The position numbers and the translations under genes were made by a program. A stretch of 27,153 bases of DNA from a virus (lineage: Duplodnaviria; Caudoviricetes), in the IMG/VR virus record IMGVR_UViG_3300033555_000019, positions 1 to 27,153 of that record; one strand, written 5' to 3'. Under the pieces are notes generated by a model, which was not told the origin of the DNA, did no database searches, and was given only the letters and a program-made list of their open reading frames with translations. This document shows, piece by piece, positions 18,801-25,300 of this stretch (position 1 is the first letter of the stretch; every line of letters begins with the position of its first letter).

Positions 18801-20259
18801 TGAGATACCACAGAACTTCGAGAACTGGGTCAAAGCTCTAGCCTTTGGCAAGAACGCTGTCAAAGAAGTAAATACCTACAACTCGAACATGGGCAAGAAG
18901 AAAGAAGATCAACAAGTCGTACCTAACCAGAAAGACTCCAAAGCCTCGACCCAAGGCCCGAAGAAGCTGATAGAAACCCGTGATGAGGACGGATTAGTCA
19001 ACATGATTGGAGCCTACGCCAGCGCTATCAAGACCAGCCCAACTACTGCCTTTGAACGTATCGTCAGTGGACAGACCATACGACGGACTAACAACGGCGC
19101 TATCATTGTAGAGCGACTACCAGGCCGAGAGTCAGACAAGATTAAGCGACAGATGGGCGGCGATAGCAAGGACTTGAAACTAGACCACACGATACCATTA
19201 CAACTAGGTGGCTCTAATAACACTAAGAACCTTAAGTTAGTACCGACTGATGAATGGTCTAACTACACACCGGTTGAGAACTACTTAGGCAAGCAACTAC
19301 GGACTAATAAGATAACGGCCAACAATGCCGAGAAACTGATTACCGACTTCAAGGCTGGCAAGATTACGGCTGAACAAGTCTACGAAAAGACTGGCATGAA
19401 AGAACAGCAAGTCGCTGCTAAGGCTAAAGCGTCCACTGAACGTAGCGAGAAGCTTAAAGCCTCTTTAAGCGCCGAGGACTACAAGCTAAACCAGATGTCC
19501 AAAGCTGACAAACAAACCCTTGTAGACAACGGCAAGGTGCCACAAGCTAAGGTTGATGGCTTAACCGATTATGTCAAAGACAAGAAGCAAGAACTTGGTT
19601 ACAAGGCTCCTGCTGGCACTAAGTCAACGGTTGCGACAGGTATCACTCCACACTCTAAGAAAGTCCTAGACGAATACGCCAAGCTTGACCCAGCTACCCG
19701 CAAGAACAAAGAGGACAAAGAACCTAGCTATGAGTGGAAAGTCGGCAAGAGCAAGCTGGAAAACGACAAGGCCAGTGGCAAGCTAACCGGCCCTAACTTA
19801 GCCAAGCGTGAACAAGAAGTTAAGAAGCTGGACATCGGCAAGGTCTACAGCAAAGAAGCCCGTGACCTGTTCGGCAAGAAGAAACAATTGGTTTACGACT
19901 ACGTTACTGGCGCACCAAATGGACAGAAGTTAGCCGAGCAATTGGTTGATTACGAGAAGCGCCTGTTTGAAGCCGGACTGATTGACTACACCACGTTCCA
20001 AAAGAGTATTGCCCCACTTAAAGGTGGCTCTAAGGGCGGTAGTAAGACAGGTCGCACCAGTGGCGGCAAGGGTAGTCGTGGCGGACGCACAAGTACTGGC
20101 CGTGGTAGCCGAGGCGGTAAGACTGGCAGTGGTATCGCTAAGGACTTCTCCAGTATCCTCAACCTAGCCAACCGGACAGCCAGCAGTAACCAGTCAGCCG
20201 TTCGTAACCTAGTCTACAAGAACCGTATTAAAGCAAAGAAAGTGAGTCGAGTATCATGA
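12850..20259 (+). CDS. Giant polyvalent internal virion/ejection protein (ART-like, R-S-E ADP-ribosyltransferase, ParB/Srx-like and HNH-like domains)
   Basis: 2469 aa; YRG..YSSVS..DSEKLLPRN; PIVL..VLDGMHR; DHTIPLQLGGSN..NL; helical core; basic G/K/R/S tail. Start may be ATG 12856. Confidence 0.8.
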   Translation: MLMAFDLKRLVRKTKDQLNVRDNGKTWQNPQGNRPVQRTPQPASTGRPSLGVAPVRNPSFNQAPVRQQQIRPQVQVARPKPLNVGRTPVMPTAGNRTGVKGSNVPKPLNFAGRTVDVLARGASRTADQVNAYDNGRTWQNRKPTNTRSILGQATHNGTTNTIGNIVVKPIVATAAIPVEAGRSEVARLTKNKGAYKAAEDRLNTNVQTSLPGVIADQVVQSTRVAKAIPATVGGIQRGFQGKAPTPEQKAAQLKGLGAFNRTVMGMAYKLPGETLGNVLPTAKEDLRAAGVEDMSLAQQAGTSALGVVGMLGAKSTAVGAGRVTTKLVKPPVQAAKDIITNKPYRKISDQELNGASNVRNAMQGNRNPFDITDQDVQGFEATKRRLGADGSNPNAIDQLVIDRAKYDTRQANRGPLLQPLNQGGYVRIPGRKTELMATHNLSEDNLSYANKLGGIPQASVGIVDPKKHAVDGFGEITLIGNQKLVDPKAPKTATFASDVYSPRQPRAKLSGDRKVYDNLKAKFKASADEIGQRYVGFDSANSLDEAIANEPAVIAQFLKSKGIKVKAPETTEIDKLDELQRQIMDANLGQAYTDNIVRLTELGASKGKFSDTVDFMYKNNLEPKLPTKIKPIDRYELMKAVRGAKLEDEFDSFTKKTAQEAGAKPTLYNGTDYQGRPKELPETMDNVLKVMRKDKIRAGEGGMVGTGIGNIRARITPKFKSLEDIYDNKHRLTDAETMESVKDLLSNRMTSVRDKLNNYATNKDGNQFMEYDTQMDAIGDYLRGDKSWFNDKFKNVPDSVLKELEQVKKEIQDAPTEYFESVSDRAVGLKEFEKALVPESASQATINSLKSQGIEPIIYKDGQRQAMLNKLMDEDNIARGFGDKPKPRPARGIKGEAIRIAKARLEEPADPLASLKAEAGKYGSADDIAKDYAGQEFTTINTHVKGRTLDQMDRPVAEKVKALDGRMTDDIPKGTYYRGMVLLDDEIEAMLKSKQFKNDGYSSVSDSAEVAKRYTYSRRWGSPAESPVIFNLDVGDNQKGIDLTKLSGESARDSEKLLPRNADYTVKNVTKEGDTYIVEAIYNEATQAPKQSIAQKFGLTPMDEAGKVRLPGKGNQQPASKPVPEQSQKSVDSLADNSTTGKTYTADEVNRLNPDSAEVFKGNYVKQSVPLSSLDNASLTRQQLIDSYGNGHSEKSLASLAKGGDISPIVLDTKGNVLDGMHRIVNAKEQGRSNIEAFVQVNNGSNSAKPPTAQLSDKAVPALTPATARGTVDSLGNSTPIVGTPIRVKGGATEKQVPVSKITKEGDRIKSENVNPNIKRGEKRFALDDNGEMVADTKGAYRIFTDDDGHVTQFRVGNEVFKASDLGDLSSVNGYGSALATQRRNIERAFPKETADKVTAFTVDHQQAQATKMIARKITLKKEMKALADDLGINFAGNKRKAKKVSAAIQDFGEKKIDRTQLNERFGREQATKIVNADKWFRKNYDSMLDEMNTVLKEFGYPEVPKRADYYTHFQEPKLWESFGLKMKEIRDFASPTLQDSNPNSVRGGIDNKLAGESAFTNPNKAFNKYALRRKGDERTADAFQAFERYMTPTLNNIYMTPSITRARVLAKAIAEEANIAGKDANGTLIQIKEWANNLAGKTNGFDRRAVDTKFGNAALRAAAFVQRRAGGNSIVGNLATAALQPIVAAQAVGKFGPKNFMVAAMQEMGTAHGKNAPIRQAEFLFRRYGDLGDNVTDGKIAKGADIANTPLRVVEQTVARITWNAAHNDAISKGMTGKKAMHYADVQAEKTLAGRSIGEKPEFFNSKMYGPATMYQLEVANYIQQVGREMTTKQVLTTFAAAYAFNLGLEEMTGRQVGFNPIDAAIDAYQETEKEGKDKLAKTKAIGQRFAGEAFDNTPFVGQIANFAFGEKGTKWLGPSSNAGRFGVSSPLGALTTTTKIAGVQVPLNAILPFGGAQIKKTYEGAQAMAAGKTTAKDGTTTVEIPQNFENWVKALAFGKNAVKEVNTYNSNMGKKKEDQQVVPNQKDSKASTQGPKKLIETRDEDGLVNMIGAYASAIKTSPTTAFERIVSGQTIRRTNNGAIIVERLPGRESDKIKRQMGGDSKDLKLDHTIPLQLGGSNNTKNLKLVPTDEWSNYTPVENYLGKQLRTNKITANNAEKLITDFKAGKITAEQVYEKTGMKEQQVAAKAKASTERSEKLKASLSAEDYKLNQMSKADKQTLVDNGKVPQAKVDGLTDYVKDKKQELGYKAPAGTKSTVATGITPHSKKVLDEYAKLDPATRKNKEDKEPSYEWKVGKSKLENDKASGKLTGPNLAKREQEVKKLDIGKVYSKEARDLFGKKKQLVYDYVTGAPNGQKLAEQLVDYEKRLFEAGLIDYTTFQKSIAPLKGGSKGGSKTGRTSGGKGSRGGRTSTGRGSRGGKTGSGIAKDFSSILNLANRTASSNQSAVRNLVYKNRIKAKKVSRVS
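16240..16686 (+). repeat. Degenerate direct repeats flanking the ParB-like module
   Basis: GTTGATTCATTAGCTGATAATAGCACA (16240-16266) versus GTGGATTCATTAGGTAATAGTACA (16663-16686); shared core GATTCATTAG. Confidence 0.65.
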
Positions 20260-20948
20260 TATTAAGTACCTTATTCCGCCATATTAACAGTGCCTACCGA
20301 GGGACAGATGATGACGCACCGATACTAGGTTCAGTTGACGGCATAGATTGGCTGGACGTAACCAACCGTAAGATTAGCGAGTACGCCCGTGACGGCAAAG
20401 CGTTACGATCAACCTTGTTCCAGACGGTATCAATCGCCCAAGTCGTGACGGCTGGCGACCAGACTTACACCATGGGTACCAGCTTCCTACTACCGGCCAG
20501 TAGCGTCAAGGTACTTAAGACAGACGGCACTTACGCCGATTACACCATCTGCGAACCACAGGAACGGGGTCAGTACCGTGGTGCTGTCTACTTTACAGGT
20601 AGCGACCAACAGACGCTGACGTTCACTGACCCACTGCTAGCTGGTGATTCGATTATTGGTGGCACTATCCAAGTTGACGGCTACTTCCTACCAGCCGAAC
20701 TGACATTGCTAACTGACACGATTCCAGTCGATGACCCGTACTGGCTGGTTTACGCCACTGCTAGTGAACTTGCTGGCAATGACCTGACCTACGAATCCAA
20801 AGCGGCTGATTTACAAGCCAAGGCCAATAACCTGTACAGCATGATGAGCGCCAACAACCGCCGTGGTACCCACAACAACCCACGGACTGTCCGAACTAAG
20901 GTTGACCTTATCCGCAGTGCTGAAACGGAACGGAACAGGAACTCGTAA
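20256..20948 (+). CDS. Head-to-tail adaptor (P22 gp4/T7 gp11-like, by position and size)
   Basis: 230 aa with helical ends and a beta insert; directly precedes the nozzle-like gene; ATGA coupling. Confidence 0.65.
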   Translation: MILSTLFRHINSAYRGTDDDAPILGSVDGIDWLDVTNRKISEYARDGKALRSTLFQTVSIAQVVTAGDQTYTMGTSFLLPASSVKVLKTDGTYADYTICEPQERGQYRGAVYFTGSDQQTLTFTDPLLAGDSIIGGTIQVDGYFLPAELTLLTDTIPVDDPYWLVYATASELAGNDLTYESKAADLQAKANNLYSMMSANNRRGTHNNPRTVRTKVDLIRSAETERNRNS

Positions 20949-22957
20949 TGCCAATCCAGCTATCCAATAACAAGAAAGCTCGTAACCGTAAGGTTATTAA
21001 CATCTCCCAAAAGGGCTTTACTAAGGCGTATGTATCAACTTTCGCCAACTCCCGCCGTCCGATTGATTCAGTATCAGACGCAACTAACATGGAACTGGTC
21101 CAGGACAACGTCTACCGACCACGGCCACCACTTGTTCGTTACGGCGTCCAACCGAGTGGTGTAGTCAACGGTCGCGGTAGTTACCGGTTCGGCGGACTAC
21201 GCGGTGAACTGTTTATGATAGCTGGCAAGATACACAGCCGAGTTGATGGTGGCGCATACACGTTAATCAGTGGCGTCAACAACTACTCAACGACCGCCTG
21301 GGCTGGTTTCCGTCAGTCTAAGGGACGCGTCTATGTCTACAACGGTGTCAACAACCTAAGCTTTATTGACCTCGCAACCATGGCGACTGTTGAATACACC
21401 GCTATCGGCACACCGGGCGCTCCGACTGGTACGGCTAGTGCTAACTTAGTCAGTGGTACCAAACCGTACAACTTCTACTACAAGATAACGGCTAACAACG
21501 CGGTCGGTGAATCAGCCGCTAGTACGGCTTCGGTTGCCGTCAACGTCAATGACATTCGTGACAACTGGGGCGTAGCGGCCGCTAAGACTGTCACAGTTAC
21601 TTGGACAGCCGTGGCCAACGCTACCAGCTACACCATCTACGGCGGGACTGACCCATTGGAGACCTACGAGATAACGACACTGAACAACCTAAGTTCCCTG
21701 TCCTACACTGATGATGGTAGTCTGACACTTAATCCGTTCAAGACGGCTCCGAGCAGTAACTCAACCCAAGGACCAGTCTTTACTTGGATATACGCTGACA
21801 CCCGTAACTCACAGGTCTACGGCATAACGGCTGATAACAAGCTGTTCTACAGTAGTGCTTTCGGTGGACTGACCAACGCGGCTGACTTCTCTAGCCTGAA
21901 CGGTGGCGGTTTCGTGACGATTGACGAGGGCGGTGACACGACGCTTAACTTCGTCGATGGCTTTAGAACCGGTAAGGGCGACCCCGTGATAACAACATCT
22001 AGCCGTGGTTCTGCTGGCAAAGGCAAGATTAACCACATCACGTTCCCTAGCGTGACCTACGGCGATCAAGTCATTGTCTACGCAGACGTAGCCGAAGCCA
22101 ACGGCCAAAGCGGTACATACGCTCCCCGTTGTACTGTCAAAGCAAGAGATGGTCTAATCTACCCAACTGGTGACAACATTAAGAACACTGGTACTAGCCA
22201 GAACGTGGTCAACATACTGACGACTAACGCTTTAGGCGACCTGATTATCCCGGATATCAACAAGATTACACTGTCAGCACTAGACCGAGCAGCTGGCTGT
22301 GAGTTTCAGGACAAGGTCTACATGGCACTACCGGTCGGCAGTACGACCAATAACGAGATATGGGTACTTGACCTAGCAAGAAAGAACGCCTGGACACTAC
22401 GTTGGACAGTCGCCGCTATGGACATCTGGTTATATGAGGACAACGCTGGCAAGAGCCACTTATGCGTGCTTGTTGGCAACGTCATCATGGAGTTCACACG
22501 GGCTGGGGCTATGTTACACACTGATGACGGCAAGCCATTCCGTAGCCGTCTAGCTTTTAGTAGCCTAGTCTGGGACGCTGACGGGCTGACATTAGGCAAC
22601 ATCAACAACTTATACGTCAAACTGTTGGAACCGACTGGTAACATCACCTGTACCACCTATGGCCTAAGTAAGCGTGGCAGTGCCGTAAACACCGGCTCTG
22701 ATACTTACGCAGTTGAAGTATCACCAACTGGTTACGACATCTGGGACTACTCCGGTGACTTCTTATATGACGATGAGATCGGTGCAGTCGATACCTTTGC
22801 TCAGTCAGTCGCAGTGCTACGGGTAAGACCAAAGGGACTACTGAATCAGCTGGACTGGGAACTGACCAGTGAGACAGCCGGTACCGACTACATTCACAGT
22901 TCGACTAATACCCGTGGAGCTAGTAACACCGACTTGATTTTCAAGGGCTTAGGTTAG
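20948..22957 (+). CDS. Tail nozzle/DNA stabilization protein (P22 gp10/T7 gp12-like) with an FN3-like insertion
   Basis: 669 aa, beta-propeller-like; N-terminal DATNMEL..YRPRP motif; YYKITANNAVGES..VTWTAV..SYTIY insert. Confidence 0.75.
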   Translation: MPIQLSNNKKARNRKVINISQKGFTKAYVSTFANSRRPIDSVSDATNMELVQDNVYRPRPPLVRYGVQPSGVVNGRGSYRFGGLRGELFMIAGKIHSRVDGGAYTLISGVNNYSTTAWAGFRQSKGRVYVYNGVNNLSFIDLATMATVEYTAIGTPGAPTGTASANLVSGTKPYNFYYKITANNAVGESAASTASVAVNVNDIRDNWGVAAAKTVTVTWTAVANATSYTIYGGTDPLETYEITTLNNLSSLSYTDDGSLTLNPFKTAPSSNSTQGPVFTWIYADTRNSQVYGITADNKLFYSSAFGGLTNAADFSSLNGGGFVTIDEGGDTTLNFVDGFRTGKGDPVITTSSRGSAGKGKINHITFPSVTYGDQVIVYADVAEANGQSGTYAPRCTVKARDGLIYPTGDNIKNTGTSQNVVNILTTNALGDLIIPDINKITLSALDRAAGCEFQDKVYMALPVGSTTNNEIWVLDLARKNAWTLRWTVAAMDIWLYEDNAGKSHLCVLVGNVIMEFTRAGAMLHTDDGKPFRSRLAFSSLVWDADGLTLGNINNLYVKLLEPTGNITCTTYGLSKRGSAVNTGSDTYAVEVSPTGYDIWDYSGDFLYDDEIGAVDTFAQSVAVLRVRPKGLLNQLDWELTSETAGTDYIHSSTNTRGASNTDLIFKGLG

Positions 22958-22992
22958 GAAGTGGTTATGTTAATGTATAAGCAAGGAACAAT

Positions 22993-23490
22993 ATGCCTAC
23001 AGCCATAACTTACTGCACAGTTGAATCTTGTGAAAGACGTTGCCATGGACATGGACACTGTTTAATGCATTACAAACGACTTAGAACTCACGGCACAACA
23101 GATGGACAATCTGCTGAATATAAGAGTGAGCTTAACAAGCGTATAAGCCAAACCTTAGTCGGTCGTAAGCTTACTAAAGAACACAAAGTAAATATAGCAA
23201 ATGGACTAGTCGGTAAAGTTGCTACAGGTGAAAAGAATGGTCAGTGGAAAGGTGATAACGTAGGTTATCCCGGTGTGCATAAGTGGGTAAGAGAAAAGCT
23301 TGGTACCCCTAGCCATTGCGAGAATTGCGAAGCTACTGAAGACGTGATTTTCGATTGGGCTAATTTAAGTTATGAATATAAACGTGACATCTCAGACTGG
23401 GCTAGACTCTGTCGCAGATGTCACTTCTTAATAGATGGAGTAGGACTATATATGAGAAACAAAACTAACAATCAGGCTGGAGCAATCTAA
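22993..23490 (+). CDS. Free-standing HNH-like (homing) endonuclease
   Basis: N-terminal CxxxxC..CxxHY zinc motif, NUMOD3-like GRKLTKEHK..I, GEKNGQWKG, HKWV..CENC..WAN..LCRRCH; AT-rich relative to its neighbours. Confidence 0.8.
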   Translation: MPTAITYCTVESCERRCHGHGHCLMHYKRLRTHGTTDGQSAEYKSELNKRISQTLVGRKLTKEHKVNIANGLVGKVATGEKNGQWKGDNVGYPGVHKWVREKLGTPSHCENCEATEDVIFDWANLSYEYKRDISDWARLCRRCHFLIDGVGLYMRNKTNNQAGAI

Positions 23491-25280
23491 TGGCAAGTAC
23501 GGATTTTTTCTGTAGGGTCGGCACCGGAACTGCGACAACCCTAGCGGCTCCCGGACACGCCATCGCTGGCACGACATTCAACGTCGGCTCAACCGCCGCT
23601 TATCCGACGACGACAGGCGTATTCTTTGCGGTTGATACTTTCGATACATTAACTGGTAAGCGCGTACCTGGCAGTTACACTGTCTGGCAAGGTGACGTCA
23701 TCAACAGCACGACATTATCCGGTTGTGTACTACGTTTCGGTACCGATCAAAACTACACGGCTGGTTCAACCACCAGAGTTTATATGCCGATTAACAACGC
23801 TAGGGAGAACCGACTTGTCGAGGGACTACTGATATCACACTCCCAAGACGGCAAACTGTTACCAGCCGCTGTCCAGACCGCTCTTGGTACCGGCAACCTA
23901 GCTAACACTGGTTTCAATGCCCTTGGATTCAACCCGAACACAGTTACTTACAACGGTAACCGCTCTTATACCTGTGTCTTTAACGGTACTGACTTATCGA
24001 CAGTTCTATCAGCTGGTATGCGTATCAGAACCACCAGAACGGTCGCAGCACCTACCCAAAGCACCAGCCTGAACGGTACGACCCAGTTCTGGTCTAAGAC
24101 TGCTCCGGCTGGTATGACGTTTACTGATGACTTTACTTGCATGGGATGGGTAAAACTAAGTAGTTATGGAGCTGGTCAGCAAGGCGTTATATCCCGTTTC
24201 GACGGTACTAATGGTTGGGCGTTAGACATCAACCCAAGTGGTACAGTTCGTATAATTGGTATAACTTCTCCAAACAGCCGAGCAATATCTTCTTTCCAAT
24301 CTGTGCCACTTAACAAATGGGTACACATAGCCGCTACCCTTGATATGTCTGCTAATACCGGCAGTATATTCATTGATGGCGTTCTTGTACCGTCAACAAT
24401 CGGCGGTACGGCAACAGCTTTAATACAAGCTGGTAACTTACAAGTCGGCGCGGAGAACGCGGCCGCTTTCTTCCCAGGCAAGATAGCCCAAGCCGGCGCG
24501 TTCTCCGCAGTCCTCTCACAAGCCACTATCCAATCCTACTACTCACAAGGCCTAACCAGCACCGCCCCAAGCCTAGTATCAGCCTATTCATTCGACGGCA
24601 ATGCTACTGACCTCAACACGACCAACGCCAACAACCTGACAGCCACAGCCGCTGCTGGTTTCACAGCTGACGGACCATTCGGCGGTCAAGCCAACGGTAC
24701 AGTGTCCAGCACCCTTGACTACGGTATCGTCCAGAAAGTTGACTTTGCCACTAACACAACTGTTGTCATTCAGGTAGCTGAGGGCTGTACCATTCCGACT
24801 ACTGGTGGCGTGACTAGCGTGGCTTACTCGTCACAGAAAGCGCCTTATGGGTTTCCTAGTCAGAGGGGTAAGTGGACTGTAGAAATGATAAACCGTGTTT
24901 TGCCAACTGGTCAAGTAGCGACAGTTGGTGTCTGGTATAACAACGGGTCTATGCAGTTAGTAGTTCCAGTAGGAGAGTGGCAACTTACTAATAATGTTGG
25001 TGTAATACAAGTTAATAACACAGCGGGCGCAATTCAACTTTATTCTACTCTCAGCACAACTATTTCAAGTGAAGTCGATACTACAACTACTACTTACGCT
25101 GAAGCTAACCCGCAAACTTCTTTTCAATTCCAAAGCAATAGAACAGTCAATACTTCTCTACTGGTATCAACAATATATTACGAGTTAATAAAAGCTGCTG
25201 CCGGAGTTGCTCCAATAACCCTATACCTTCGTGGCGACCAAGGTTCGGCAATAATAAGAGCTGAGAACGCCCTACTATAA
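23490..25280 (+). CDS. Tail fibre/receptor-binding protein with LamG (concanavalin A-like) domain
   Basis: FTCMGWVK, PLNKWVHIAAT, IFIDGVL, LQVGA and FPGKIAQ LamG motifs (about 24066-24610); distinct C-terminal domain. Confidence 0.8.
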   Translation: MASTDFFCRVGTGTATTLAAPGHAIAGTTFNVGSTAAYPTTTGVFFAVDTFDTLTGKRVPGSYTVWQGDVINSTTLSGCVLRFGTDQNYTAGSTTRVYMPINNARENRLVEGLLISHSQDGKLLPAAVQTALGTGNLANTGFNALGFNPNTVTYNGNRSYTCVFNGTDLSTVLSAGMRIRTTRTVAAPTQSTSLNGTTQFWSKTAPAGMTFTDDFTCMGWVKLSSYGAGQQGVISRFDGTNGWALDINPSGTVRIIGITSPNSRAISSFQSVPLNKWVHIAATLDMSANTGSIFIDGVLVPSTIGGTATALIQAGNLQVGAENAAAFFPGKIAQAGAFSAVLSQATIQSYYSQGLTSTAPSLVSAYSFDGNATDLNTTNANNLTATAAAGFTADGPFGGQANGTVSSTLDYGIVQKVDFATNTTVVIQVAEGCTIPTTGGVTSVAYSSQKAPYGFPSQRGKWTVEMINRVLPTGQVATVGVWYNNGSMQLVVPVGEWQLTNNVGVIQVNNTAGAIQLYSTLSTTISSEVDTTTTTYAEANPQTSFQFQSNRTVNTSLLVSTIYYELIKAAAGVAPITLYLRGDQGSAIIRAENALL

Positions 25281-25300
25281 ACCATAAATAAGGAACCAAC

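Noticed and set aside
12850-20259. Tape measure protein or virion RNA polymerase interpretation of the giant ORF
   Set aside because: No tail tube or tail chaperone genes, no periodic tape-measure repeats, and no RNAP catalytic motifs recognised.
24850-25280. Diversity-generating retroelement variable region in the fibre C-terminus
   Set aside because: No template repeat or reverse transcriptase in the window; cannot be excluded elsewhere in the genome.
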